Counted from the first letter of the stretch, positions 13,511 through 26,381 are shown. The stretch is 64,000 bases of DNA from Dimorphilus gyrociliatus (GCA_904063045.1 CAJFCJ010000055.1:8802-72801), one strand, 5' to 3'. The notes: generated from the sequence alone by a model not told the origin. Translations and numbers: made by a program.

Positions 13511-13544
13511 ACAAGTATCTCAACTTTTATGCAAAGAGTTTATC

Positions 13545-14470
13545 ATGAGAAATAAGATGGTGGCATTGCTTACACCTTTGGCACCTCAACTTCCAACAAT
13601 ATTGGATTCAACACAAGGAACTCACAGCACCTGGCTGGGTGATCTAACAACACTCAACACATGCACAGAACTAAAATCAGTTCAAGTAATTTGTGATGTT
13701 GGAATCATAACAATAAATGCACTATGTTCAAAACAATTCCTCACCAAGTATAAGGGTCTTCTATTTTCAATTGATCCAATACTACATCATGCCTACCACA
13801 TAACAAAAGAAAATATAAGATATGGGGAATGTGACAAAACACAATATCTTTTTAATATAAAAAAGAACCCTCTGGATGCTGACAAGAATCAGAAAGGCAC
13901 ATCTTCTGGAAGGAAATCTTGTATCTATTATACAAAGAATGGTTGTAAATTCCAAGCAGCTGCTTCCAGGTCAATCAGAATGAAAATCAGCAATGGAATT
14001 GAAGAACCAAAACTGGAAGTTGCAAGGCTCACTGAGTTACTGCAATTGGGTATAAAAGATGATGTTGGCAAAAACACCAACAGTTCCAACAAGTTCTTGA
14101 CTACATACAAGACACTTTAACAAGGCATAACAAGAATATCAACTTTGCTAATGAATTAGGAATTGACTCAAGTATGTCAACACATCAACATTTATTTTCA
14201 TCATGGCTGAATACTCCAACCAAAATGCTGATTAACATTGCATTCCTAACAATAATTATTATTGGAACTTCATTCATACTATGGCTGGCATATAAAAGAA
14301 GATGTAGCAAACTTACCACGAAAAGACTTTGGAAATACTTAGAAAGAAGGAAAGTCCAACTAACAGCTCCAGGTATACAACAAAAAGAATTACAGATCCC
14401 AACATACTCAACTATGGAAATTGACCAAGAAGCAATACCTCTTCAAAACTACCCAACATTTACAAAATAA
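13545..14470 (+). pseudogene. env: C-terminal half of env glycoprotein with TM anchor and cytoplasmic tail (second Gypsy family)
   Basis: LLTPLAPQLPTILDSTQGTHSTWLGDLTTLNTC matches 45584-45937 (LLSPITRQLPTVLSEEKGTHSTWLGDLATINCC); TM LINIAFLTIIIIGTSFILWLAY followed by KRR; one stop near 14118; followed by a PPT and an LTR. Confidence 0.85.
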
Positions 14471-14522
14471 GATAATAGAGTCATTGTGACAAGTCCCAGA
14501 CCTTTTGTGGAAGCAAGGTCTT

Positions 14523-14730
14523 AAAAGGGTGGGATATCTGTGCGCATAGAAATAATGATATATCAATACATAGACTTTAGTTATAAGGGTACATTAGCAA
14601 GACTTCTATTTCATGAGAAGTAGAATGGTGCAACTATATAAATACTTCTATTTTGTAGGAATTATAATGGTGCAACTTTAGAAAGACTTTTATTTCATAG
14701 AGTTAGCTTTTAGTACTTTATAAAGTATTG
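14523..14730 (+). mobile_element. Polypurine tract (AAAAGGGTGGGA) and start of 3' LTR family C (TG at 14539); right end not defined
   Basis: Purine tract then tc-TGTG directly after the env stop, the same spacing as the PPT-tc-TGTA junction at 46240-46256; near-duplicate at 17078-17195. Confidence 0.7.
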
Positions 14731-15064
14731 TAAAATAGTCAAAAAAAAACATTGTAATACACCACATTAGGCAAAAAAGGTAGTATAAATTTATCTTAAA
14801 TAAATCAGTGACTGCTTATAAACATATACTCCATTTTAACCTTAAAAAAACACTTTTTATTAAAATTTCATCTTACCTCTGTTGAGTGAAAATGGAAAAG
14901 GAAGTTGATCTTTTCTATTTTGACAGCAGAAGATTTCCAACAATACCTGTTTTTGCTGGGAATCATACATTTTTTTTAGTTTATCAAAAGTGTGAATTAA
15001 AAATCTTTTTGTTACTATGAAGAGATATCTAAAAGTTTTTTGCCACTTAGTAAATATTTTGTTT

Positions 15065-15127
15065 TTTGTGGATGTTTTCTGTCACTTTGTGGACGTTTTC
15101 TGTCTCTTTTTGGACATTTTCTGTCCC
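15065..15127. repeat. Three tandem 21-bp copies of the MITE terminal motif (tttgtggacgttttctgtc)
   Basis: Units start at 15065, 15086 and 15107; same motif as the TIRs of the telomere-like MITEs. Confidence 0.75.
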
Positions 15128-15177
15128 TTAACCTTAACTATCAAAGTCAACTTTTTTGTAAATATAACTAATTTTAC

Positions 15178-15530
15178 TGTACTTCTTTGTATTGTAATTG
15201 TAGGAATTTCTGGTTCGTCGCAACTGTAATCATCCTTCCAATCATTTACCAATCTGTCAAAGTACTTACACAAATAGAACCTTTAAAGTTCATCCACAAA
15301 TAGTCTAACAAATGTAATTTTGGTAGAAATGAATCAACAAAACACCAGTATTTCATCCAAAGAACATGTATTGAGTAAAATGAGTTTCTAGTTCTAAACA
15401 AGCTAGTTTAAACAACCAGCTGATGGTTAGAAAACTGAACTGATAAGCTGGGGAAATGTATTTCCTTTTATACATTTACCAAAGCTTGGGTTCACTTGGT
15501 CAAAAGATTACGAAGTTGAAATGTAACAGT
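15178..15530 (-). repeat. LTR family A fragment (3' end), inverted
   Basis: Begins TGTAC at 15178; near-identical to the reverse complement of 6330-6599 and 28640-28995. Confidence 0.85.
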
Positions 15531-15714
15531 CTCATAATGCAGATATAACAGACATGAAAAACTATTGCATCACTTATGGCTAACATGTGGCACTGCAAAA
15601 ACAAGCCTGCCTCTTCTGCATCTGTTTTTGAATAAGACGTAACAAGTTTGGCATGCCTTTTTTCTATATTGTTTGTTCCATTGTTAATTCCATAATGGCA
15701 CCATCTGTTATGGT

Positions 15715-15945
15715 CAAAGAATTTGTTTCCTACGAAATAAAGGTCTTTTTAAAGTTCTAGAATCTAATTCTACTAATTAAAAGTCTTTCTAAAGCTCCAC
15801 AAGTATAATTTTTATGAAATAACACTTTTTCTAAACTTCCACCATTATAATTCCAACAAAATAAAAGTCATACTATAGTTCCCCCATTATAATTGCTACG
15901 AAATAAAAGCCTTTCTAAAGTTCTGTAATATCTAAAGTCTAAATA
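15715..15945 (-). repeat. Degenerate tandem array of about 40-bp units from LTR family C
   Basis: Recurring gaaata(a/g)aagtctttctaaagtt(g/c)caccattataattcc units ending in atatctaaagtctaa, as at 13240-13260. Confidence 0.65.
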
Positions 15946-16476
15946 TTATTATGTTGATATTTCTAAGTGCACATATACATATAAAATTAATACTGTTCTA
16001 TAAAGTTTTCCAAAGAAAAAGGTTTTCTTTTTCACCTATTTTTTTCACTGATTTAATTTTGTGGATGTTTTCTGTTGTGGACATTTTTTGTCTGAACCAT
16101 CATAATAACATTGTCCATTTGAATAACATCCATAAGTATTACAATGACTAAGATCAGTTTCAGTTGATCCACATGGTTTAAGCCTTCTATGCATGACAAC
16201 AGGCTCTATAAAGGAATGGGAATGTTTCTCAAAATTAACAGAATGACATCATTCAAAATTATATATTTACTGCAAATTCCTGATTTCAGTCCAAGATAGT
16301 TTGATTGAGTATCTTCCACAAAATTTTCAAATGATGACTACTTATCAGCCAAATTTATATAACAAATAATTGCACTTTTCTCATAATTAATTGATCTATG
16401 AAAAATAAACTGGTAGTTTGAAAATTAAAGAAAAAGTAGGATATTTACTTGCAACCTGAATTACTAATACATTGAA

Positions 16477-16680
16477 ATGGCCAGGAAGTACATCTTCCAG
16501 CAAGATAATGCTGGCTGCCATACAGCAAGAGCAACTGAAAGGGCTGAATTATGGAAAAAAATTAAGAAGTGCTGCTATGAGCTTATAAAGAAGAATCCAG
16601 AGTTGCTTCCAAATTTGTATGTTGGAATGGGTCATAGGATTAGTAAATGCATTGAAAGATAGAGTAGGCACATACAAAGA
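16477..16680 (+). pseudogene. Tc1/mariner transposase C-terminal remnant
   Basis: YIFQQDNAGCHTARAT and LLPNLYVGMGHRISKCI match the Tc1 FQQDNAPxH and C-terminal helix motifs. Confidence 0.75.
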
Positions 16681-17004
16681 TGAAGAAAGTTTCAGCTCAA
16701 AAGGCTATGTGCCAATAATCATGTCATTTGGCCAAATAAGAAAGAAAAATCATAAATCAATAGTGATTTTTATAAAAAAAAAATATGTAAAAACTTACCT
16801 TAATGCTTTTTGAAAGAAATTTATATACAATTCCAAGTTTAATCTATAATTTAAAACTGAGAAAATATAAATAATAATCTTTCCTCATAATGAAAATCAA
16901 AATTTGAGGTGTGCCTATATACATGTCATTTACTTTATGCAATGATTCAATGTTTGTTTAGAGTCAAAAGGTGACCTTTGTAAGTCATTTCTCTAGTAGA
17001 AAAC

Positions 17005-17195
17005 CATCCAATATTTACAAAAGAAGGTAATATAGTCATTGTGACAAGTCCCAGACCTTTTGTTGAAGCAAGGTATTAAAAGGGTGGGATATCTGTGCAC
17101 TTGGCTATATGATATATCAATACTTAGACTTTATATATAAGGCTACATTAGAAAGACTTCTATTTCATACGAATTACAATGGTGCAACTATAGCC
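17005..17195 (+). mobile_element. Second copy of env 3' end, PPT and LTR family C start, interrupted by a MITE
   Basis: gtcattgtgacaagtcccagaccttttg..aaaagggtgggatatctgtgc duplicates 14480-14545; LTR sequence resumes after 17375. Confidence 0.8.
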
Positions 17196-17374
17196 GGGGT
17201 CGACAGAAAACGTCCACAAATGAGAAATGGTTAGGCAGAAGAAAACAGCAACTGATTTGTACTTAGGAGGGTCTCCTCTAAGGGTTAGGGGTAATGGAAA
17301 AGGTTAGGTACAGCTAAGGGCTGGGTTAGGGTTAGGGTAAAAGCACCAATTTATGGATGTTTTCTGTCGCATCC
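17196..17374 (+). mobile_element. MITE with TIRs and internal TTAGGG-like repeats (copy 1)
   Basis: TIRs ggggtcgacagaaaacgtccacaaat and atttatggatgttttctgtcgcatcc; internal gggttagggttagggt; TSD not preserved. Confidence 0.85.
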
Positions 17375-18982
17375 CTTTTAGTACTTTAGAAAGAACTTTA
17401 TTATTTATTGATTATTGATTTTAGTTGTAAAAACAAATTTACTTCAATAAAATTTTTTATACAAGAATATACTGTTTAATAGAATAACAATAAAATAAGT
17501 TCTTTTTAATAGAAAGCTAAAAAGGCTGACTAATACAAATGACCTGCGGATTGACCATTTCTCTTGCTGCCTCCCTTTCTAGTGCTATTTCTGTGGAGCT
17601 GTGTTCATACCATCTGTGACCCTCTGACTCACGATTTTAGTTGGAAGACACACAGCTAACAGAACATAGGTCTTTCAACTCTCAATAAGCAGAAAAAGGT
17701 AATCAATACTGAAGTTCTCAATACTCTATAAGTGGGCGTTGAGCTAGCAATTGTTAGAGGACAAGCAGCATTCATATATTTATGTCTTTGTATATTCATA
17801 CACTCGCCACCTCCACAAATGCCAAAAAAATGTTGTTTACAAGAAATAAGAAATTTAAACAAGAACAATTAAATATATAAGTTTTTTCTCCTTATATACT
17901 CGTCCATCTCTTTGTGTCCCTTAACTGGGTCCTCGACACTACTCACCTTTTTGTAAGGTCATACATCATTCAATTTGACTCAACATCATGACGATTTTTA
18001 CATGATATCAAGTCAAGTTGACCTACAATGCTTTCAAACTTAATTGTCCACCTAAATATCTGACATGCACACACACACACACAGTGACATACATTCATCT
18101 TTCTCTCTTAAACATTCATATTGCCTCATCAACACAGCTAACAAACTTTGTTTTGTTCAGCTTGAATTGCACTACAAACCAAAAGTGATTCTCTCCTTTT
18201 TTGTGACTTTGAAAATAATACAAATGAAAGGAGCATTGAAAAAGCTCTTAAAAAACAAGTCTCACATCAAGCATCTATGTAATGTCACTATTATCTTTGT
18301 AGGCTACAACAAGGTTTAAAAAGCAAATTTTTAGCTCCTTTTATCAAGCAATTCTTTTTATCATTACTTTCATAAAACAATATATAGTCCTAAAAATTTA
18401 GTAGCAGAAAAAAGGGGTCGCTGCTTGAATTCTAAATTTAGACAGAAGACCATTTCTTGAAAGTGCTCTTATTTTATGCAGTTTCCAATAGACTTTCAAG
18501 CAGTGCACAATGAAAGCTACGGCTAAACTAATAATCATTTGTTTATATGCATTTTTCACTCTAATTAACATCTTTGCTGCCAACTATCAGACATCAAAGG
18601 AGGAGCAATTGTAAAAAAAAGAGTTTAAATGTTGATTGAGAGTTGTTCTTTTTTCCTTGTCTCTTCACTTTTGATGCAAATGTTAAAAGAACTTTATGGA
18701 ATTGCAGAGTATATGAGTTTTATTAAATTAAATTATTGACAATAAGTATATTGGTAAATATGAACTTAAGACTATGATTTTAATTTATATACAAATGATT
18801 GCAAGACAACAAAAAAAGGACTATTCTCATTAATATTTACAATTTATTGATTGTTTTATTTTATAGTTATTAGTTTAAAAAATCTAATCAAGTCTTCTAA
18901 ACATTTCAAGTGAAATTTCTTCTTACATAAACTGCATATGCCTTCATATCTTTTATATATTTTTGTTTGGCAAGAAAAGCAA

Positions 18983-21649
18983 GGTAGCAGGTGAAACCAT
19001 ACCCAAGTGAAACCGTGCCCATGCTGGGTGAAACCATACCCATAAAAATATTACATTTTTTTAATTTTATTATTTAGAATTATAATAATGGAACCTACAA
19101 AAATAAAAACACTGTTGAAATATAAACTAACAGCCATTTTAAAAATGATGAAACTGAAGTTAACTTTCACTTTGGAAAGAATTTAATTTGAAAGTCAAGC
19201 TTTTTTTGATAATTATATTTGGGCAAAGATTATCATTTTATATTTAACAGAGGTAATTTCATGTGCATTGTAATCTAGATTAATGTTATATTCATATTTT
19301 CAATACATGTTTTTTAATTTTGTGAAAAAATCCAATTTATTTGAAAAATATTTTTCAGCCATTTTGAATAATTGTAAGTATACCTTTCCAATACTCATTT
19401 CAAATCAAAATATTATTCTTCTTTTATAGATGTGTTCAATAATATTATTTTTTATTTATTCACTAATTACATTTAATATTTTCAGTCTGGTATAGAGAAT
19501 TATTCATAAAACATGACAGTCAAATGTAAGAATTGTAAGCTTTTTGTATATGAAAGACAGAAGAAAATGTCTTGTGTGCTTTGCAATGAAATTATTCATC
19601 AAAAATGTGTCATAAGTATGATTCTATATTCAATATGGCATTTATAAATATTCAGCTATTTCAATCAGATTCTAAGGTGTCAGTTTGTCTGGATTGTGAA
19701 AAAAACAGATTCCTTCTTCAGATGAAGAGACCAGAAGATCAAATTGTAGAAACTGGTGATGTTGATGGAAAATTACAAAATTCAACTAATCTTCAAAATG
19801 AAGATGGAGAAAGTCACCAAGTTTCAAATGAGCCAGAGTTTTGTGATGGTGGCAATTTTGATAACTGTCACATGAATGGAAATGAAATGGATGAAAATTT
19901 ATATGAAGATGTGGTTGTAGATGCAAATGAAGGTGTGATGGATGCAAATGTGAATGACAATGGAATATTGAACAATGGAAATATTGAACACTTGCTGGAA
20001 CTTATTCATGACAACTTTCAAATAGTTAAAGATGGAAGTCAAATGGGAAAAGATATTCTGATAAGTGATGGATTTTCATTCACTGTAAAAGCTAAAACTT
20101 CAAAAAGTATCATTTGGGTGTGCAGTAAGAGGACCAAAAAACAAAGATGCCCTGCAAGAATTTGCCAGCAAGGAAAAACATTCATCAGGGGAAGTTTAGA
20201 ACATATTCATGGTAAAAATAACCACCTAACCAGTGACATCAGAATCAGAAAAGATTTAAAAGATATTTGTAAAACTGACACAAGTTCCAGTGGGAAAAGA
20301 TTAGCAGAAACAATTCTTTTAAAACACAAAAATGAAACAGATTCTCTGCCAAATGTTGATTATTTGAAAAGAGTGGCTAATTTTACAAGGCAAAAACTAA
20401 GGCCAAGTGAACCAAAAGAAGTAGACTTTTATTTAAATACAGATTTCATCCCAGATGATTTTTTGAGAAATGACATCTGTGAAAATAAAGAGAGAATTCT
20501 TATTTTTGGTAGCAGCCATCAACTTAATTTGTTTGGTTAGTCAAAACACTGGTTCATTGATAGGACATTTAAAATGGTAAAGGATCCTTTTTATCAGCTC
20601 TTATCTATACACAGCTATGTCAAAAAAGATGGTGAAATGAAACATATGCCATTGGCATTTATTTTTATGACATCAAAGAAAAGAAAGAGTTATAAAAAAG
20701 CATTTAAGGTATCATTTTGAGAAATTCATTCTTTAACTACTTTCAGATGAATGTTTCATTCTTCAAAGTGTCAGAAACCTGACTGGCATGTCACAGCCTG
20801 AGAAGATAACAATTGATTTTGAGATGGGTCTGTGGAGAGCTGTATCCAAAATATATCCAGAATCACAAATTCATGGATGTGTATTCCATTTTACACAAGC
20901 AATATATAGAAAAATACAGGTAAAACATTTAATTTAACCTCTAAGGTTTGTTTTTACAATTATGATCCTTCAAGTCTCTTGGATACTCTGGAAAGTATAT
21001 GGAGAAAGGAGAGGACTGGAGAGGCATGAGAAAGCTGATGGCTTTACCTTTTCTGCCTGCTCATATCATTGCTCCAACATTTTACAGATTGAAATCTAAA
21101 CTTACAGAAAAAGAAAAATTTGCAGACCTGTTGGAATATTTCGAAGCAACATGGATTATGAACTCTATATGGAAACTAGAGAATTGGTCTATATATGGAT
21201 TATCCATAAGGACTAATAACAGTGTGGAAGGATGGCACAATAGAATGAATACTAAAGTACCACCTAAAGGATCATTTTATTGGCTGCCTGATGAGCTGAA
21301 GAGAGAAGCTGATTTGGTTATTATCTATGAAAAGCTTATTTCTGAGAAGAAGATTATCAAGTACCAAAAAAAGCAGTATATTGAGATAGAAAGAAAAATA
21401 TTTGAAATTTGGGAAAATTATAGACTTGGAGGGCTTTTGGCAGATGAATTATTGGTTCAAACATCATATATTTATGCTCCATAATATTCTTTTTTTTAAA
21501 TGTCTTTTTTTTCACTTTTTCCATTCTTTTATCTTTCAAAGTTATGTGTTAATCTATTATCATTTTCTTAGTATTATATATACTTTTCTTGAGTATTAAT
21601 AAAATTAAAAAAACCTAATATTTTTATGGGTACAGTTTCACCCCTATTC
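18983..21649 (+). mobile_element. Complete Mutator-like element with TIRs and 9-bp TSD GAAAAGCAA
   Basis: TSD at 18974-18982 and 21650-21658; TIR gggtgaaaccatacccataaaaatatt (19026-19052) matches the inverted 21617-21643 at 25/27; three tandem gtgaaacc(a/g)t(a/g)ccc copies at the left end. Confidence 0.9.
19513..21484 (+). pseudogene. PHD-FLYWCH-MULE transposase, three introns (19616-19668, about 20709-20766, 20920-20974), premature stop at 20538-20540
   Basis: Spliced N-terminus CKNC..CVLC..HQKC..CLDC (C4HC3); FLYWCH GFSFTVK..WVCS..CPAR..HIH; WFIDRTF, ITIDFE, GCVFH, RTNNSVEGWH. Confidence 0.88.
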
Positions 21650-21999
21650 GAAAAGCAAGAAGGAACTATTTTGAGATGGTCTCATATAAAATACAACTTT
21701 CTGGAAAAAAAATCATAAGAAGAAGAAAGTTAGTTCTTTTCAAATATAACATAAATCACTCAGTAGTTTTACTATTATATATGTTTAAATTATCAAATTT
21801 ATGAATTTTACCTAATGGTTTCAAACAGATGTGCAAAGTTTGTAGAGTTCAGAAAGTCAGCAAAAGTCCATTTTGACCTTTCAATACTCTAAAAAAATTG
21901 TCTCTTATCTTCATATATATTACATCAATCAACATCCATTATTTCCAAATATCTTACCTTAGTCTGAAAGGATTGACTGCAAAACAATCCCTGCTGGGA

Positions 22000-22140
22000 C
22001 AAGTCTTCTACTCCTCTAACATTGGATACAAGTTTGGTAATTTGGCAACCTGCTGTTACAAACAAACTACTGTCCTGTTGAACTTTTACATTGTTAAGAG
22101 CTTAAGTATTTAATTTGTTTGAAAGTTTGAGTAGAACCAT
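22000..22140 (+). repeat. Dispersed repeat family D (tttggtaatttggcaacctgct...gagtagaacca)
   Basis: Copies also at 25566-25735, 26382-26580 (minus), 48760-48830 (minus) and 57586-57735. Confidence 0.8.
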
Positions 22141-23395
22141 TAATGCTAAAATTTTTGTTTCAAACAAGTGACAAGAATTTTGAGGAAAATTTTCTAAGAA
22201 CAATTTTTTAATTTAGTTTTACTTAGCAGATAATAATCAGAATATTACGTATAAACAGCTTTTAATCACTTGTGAGGCATATTCATGATATTAAATTTTT
22301 TAAACCAATTATTTCCGGTATGAAATTCATGTTTCCTGTATGAAATTAAATAGCTTTTTAAAATATGTGAATTAAATTGATATTTTCAATTAAACAAACT
22401 ATAAATTGTAATAGTCAGCTTACTGACAGAGTTCACAAATGAGGTTAAACATTTATGAATAGTATTTAAAACAATATATCTTTGAATATGCAATTTAATA
22501 AAATACATAGAAAATGTATCAAATGACATTGCCAAACCCTACTCTTTTTTGATTTCATAGAAATACATTCGATCTAATGTTTCTGAGAAAGCTGACACTT
22601 ATAGAATATTTTAAATTAAATAATATTATTAAATTATAAGTCTTTTGGCATAAGTAGAGACCTCTACTTTGAGATTAATAAAATTACTTGTTTTTTGAAT
22701 ATCTCTCAAAATTTATACCTTTTAAAATTTTCTATAGAGAATAAAATAAATATTATAAATAATATTATATACTTTCAAGTCTGTTATTTTAAAATTAATT
22801 TAGCTGAAACACTATGCTATTAATGTTTTTTTAAATTAGACAGGTAACCAGTCTTAATAATTTAAAAACTGACTGTTTTCTAGCTATATGATTAACTGAA
22901 GAGAATTTTGAGGTGACATTTTTTCTCTTCTCTAACTATCTTGATAGTATGAAATCTATTGAATATTTTACAAAATGTTTTACTTTCTGCCATATCTTGC
23001 TAGCAATAAAGTCAAGGCCTAAAATACCTGGACACTGTAAATTTTGATAGGCCAATTTTGAAAACATCCCAAAAATGTTATCTTTGTTTTAAATTGTTTT
23101 TTTGTGTGTAAATTTCCATGAAGAAAAGTTATATTTATGTAATACTGAAAAAAATTATAGAAAATTATCATATTTGTGAAAATTATTAGCAAATTTTTTT
23201 ATTAATTTTTATTGTTTTTTTTTTTATTTGGCCATAAGTCCAAATTAACCGTACATCCGGATTACATCCGGTTTTGCGTTTAAATAGATATCTTAAACTG
23301 AAATTTTTTTCAACAAAATTAATTTTCCAAGTTAAGTTGATTACTTATTATCTATTTTACCTACTTTAGTTAATTTTTATCTCATTTATTTCATT

Positions 23396-23520
23396 ATGGC
23401 ATGGGGAAAAGAGGTTAGGAACCTGGTAATCCAGAAATATGAAGAATTGGGGAAAGTAAGGGAAACTGCAAGGGCTTTGGGAATGGCATCATCTACAGTT
23501 AGTGACATTTTAAGGTATAA
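23396..23520 (+). pseudogene. Helix-turn-helix N-terminus of a Tc1/IS630-like transposase
   Basis: EVRNLVIQKYEELGKVRETARALGMASSTVSDILR is a typical paired-like HTH. Confidence 0.6.
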
Positions 23521-24039
23521 GCCACCCAAACAAGAGAAGTGTAAAATCACATTTATTAAACAAGTTTTGGAAGACGACTTTTAACAAGTTTGTCTAAAAT
23601 GCTACAAACAGAAAAGCATATGTATGTATAATCTATTATTAACATTTATTTAAAAAAGTATAATAAGGATTTGTCTTCATTTATTCAGATATATTTGCTA
23701 ATAGATCACACAATAACTTTAATAATTTTGAACTTTTACTTAAAAATAATTCTCATGTTTATAAAATTTCAAAAACGAATCAATCTAAAAGTGAATTATG
23801 TAGAAAATCAGAATTCATTTTAATGAATTTTAACTATTTGAATAATACATTCAATGGAAAGAATGTATTTATTACAATATTTGCCAACAAAATCTCTTCC
23901 TATGTACTCAACAACAGCAGCAATCAAATAGATAATAACCCTTTTCTCATTTGCAATTATTCACAATTAGAAGGTGTTTATTGAATAACTTTCAGAAAAA
24001 AAATTAAAAATGGTTAAATTTCTCATTTATTCATAGAAT

Positions 24040-25318
24040 TAAATTTTGAACCTATTGGTTTAAATTCTGAAAATACATTTATTGCTCAAAGAATTTTCAA
24101 AAGTTTTAAGAATTTAATGAAATATTATTTTATTTCAAAAACATATGGAATAATTCCACCATTAGTCTTTAATAATCAAAATATAAATAATTTTAACAGT
24201 TCAGATGTTTGTTGGTTATTTACTAAAAGACTTTTGAAGAACAAACAAGAGTAAACATTTTTTTTTCCTTACTAGATACTAGTAAATCATTTTTTTTGTT
24301 CATTTTTTGCAGTTGGTTACCTTTGAAAATTGTTTCGTTTTAAAAGAAAATTTTACAAATATTTTCAATTGTAAAATATTAAATTCTAAATTATTGAGAA
24401 CAGATAATAGGATGAATGAAATTGATAATATCATTGGTAAAGAATGCAGAAATGAGGATGGTACACTTTTTTTGTAAAAAGGGACTCACAATAGAAATTG
24501 TCTGTAAAGTTTTCTGTTTTAACTTATATTGCGAAATATGTTTAAGTTGTACTAGATAAAAAATCTTTAGCAGACAATTTTCTGTTTCATCCTATTTTTT
24601 TTGTTTTTTACTATTTTTTGGCTTAATAAAATATTACTTTTAGTAAAATTTGCCTCACTTCCAATAATGACTATTTTAAATGTGTTAGAAGACAATAGTG
24701 TATACAGTATTGGATTTGTTGAAACATTTGTTTCAAATGTGGAAATGTTTGTAAAAGTTTCATTTCCAACTTGGGAAATTTCTCCTAAAATCTTTAATGA
24801 AATTTGTAAAGAAATGGGTTATGATAATTTTCATTCAATAATTTTTGCTAATAAAATGCAACATTTTTCATCTCCCTATGTTTATTTTGATGTGTTCAAT
24901 AGTACAATGAAATTACATTTAGGAAGAATTGACATAGGCCTATGTTTAAAATGTTTTAAATCAAATGTACCATGTAAGATAGATAGTATGAAAAGAATTT
25001 TAAAAATCCCCCTATTGACCATTTCATATAGATCTCTTCATTAATTACGAAAATCACATTCAGCTAAGAGAAAATTTCAAAAGTTATCACGTTGAAACAA
25101 AAATAAGTGCTCATATTTTATGTCCTTTGGCCTATTTTTATAAAAATTACAATTCAAATAATGACACTTGGTTAACTATACAAGAAATAGATGAAAATGA
25201 TGTGTTAATTATTAGTGATCATTTAAAATATGATGAATTAATACCAAAAATTTGCAATTGTTCAACAAGTAAAGGTGAATTATTGTTGTTTGAATATTTT
25301 GATTCATAATAATATGCT

Positions 25319-25349
<31 letters not shown>

Positions 25350-25560
25350 ATATAAACAGCATTATCACTGGAAATAGTTGGTGAAAATGATATGAATTCA
25401 AGAACATATTTGAAAAAATATCCTGAATTTTCCAAACAAAGCGATACATTCTTTGTATCAAAAACTTATGGAATTATTCCTTCTTTGTATGATATAACAA
25501 AATCTTATATTTCATCAGTTCATTCAAATATTCCTTATAATTGCTTTCAATTTAAAACGA
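24040..25560 (+). pseudogene. Degenerate SRCR-like and SKT(Y/F)G(I/V)xP-motif exons, paralogous to 53.7-54.8 kb
   Basis: 24601-25044 GFVETFVSNVEMFV..WE..FNEICKEMGY resembles the SRCR start; YFISKTYGIIPP (about 24130) and FFVSKTYGIIPS (about 25450) match MFVSKTFGVLPP (about 54450, minus). Confidence 0.5.
25319..25349. repeat. (TC)n microsatellite
   Basis: Direct reading of the sequence. Confidence 0.9.
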
Positions 25561-25565
25561 AACTC

Positions 25566-25735
25566 TTTGGTAATTTGGCAACCTGCTATTACAAACTATC
25601 TACTCTGCTATTGAACTCTCATATTGTTACTTGCTTAAGTATTATTATTGAGAATAAACCGTTTTAATTTAAACATTTGTTTAAAGGTTCGAGTAGAACC
25701 AGTATTGTTATAACTTGCAAACGCATAGATTTTAT
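25566..25735 (+). repeat. Repeat family D copy
   Basis: Near-identical to the reverse complement of 26382-26550. Confidence 0.85.
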
Positions 25736-26381
25736 ATAGGATATATTTGCAGTCCTATTTACTCTTAGTGATATGTTTTGTAAAAACTTTAATTTTTACA
25801 TATTATTTGCCAATTTCAACAGAGTTGCTTCGCAATATGAAATTGAGATGCAAATTAATTATAGTAAAAAATTATTTGCAGGTATACACTAATAAAACCC
25901 TCAATGGACCTTACAAGCCATGTTTAACATGCTACTCTATTTAGTTTATTCAAAGATCCTCCAAAACAATACCTTCCTATGTTTATTTGCTTTTTATCTC
26001 ATCAAGAGAACCTACATTTAAAAAATATTGATAAAGATGTCTTTAAATCAATCTTTGATTTTAAACCAATGCATGAATGTCCAACTCAATACATTGATCC
26101 CTAATTGGTCATATATTTTCAGGCTAAGTAATAATTGATGCTCTATGTATAGTGTTTTCAATGTTAAGAAATAGGATAAATTTGAAGTATCTTGATGAAT
26201 TTAGCTTTTACTTTACTTCTTGCCTCGGCAAAGACATACTTCAAGCTTTTCTAAAGTGTAGTTCCAAAGATTTGCAATTTCTTCACAAACAGAGCAAAAC
26301 TTGGATGTCAATGAGAAATGTAAACAACTTGTTGGTAATTCTTTAAAATGAACACATTCCTAGTGTACTGCTCTTGCTGGC

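Noticed and set aside
15017-15229. ORF ending CIVIVGISGSSQL, like the NLR ORF C-terminus, as an NLR paralog
   Set aside because: The shared peptide is translated LTR-A sequence; the ORF is an accident of a repeat-LTR junction.
15173-15479. TTTAC flanks suggesting a 297-bp solo LTR with TSD
   Set aside because: Homology to the 28.6-kb copy continues past 15479, so the second TTTAC is internal and coincidental.
15715-15945. About 40-bp repeats as CRISPR or satellite
   Set aside because: Head-to-tail degenerate units without unique spacers; the same unit occurs inside LTR family C.
17300-17340. TTAGGG runs as a true or healed telomere
   Set aside because: Only 2-3 units, embedded in a TIR-bounded MITE repeated many times in the window.
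17560-18600. Higher-GC stretch with a TATA-like box and ORFs of 60-84 aa as a gene or LTR
   Set aside because: No recognisable motif, termini, TSD or second copy in the window.
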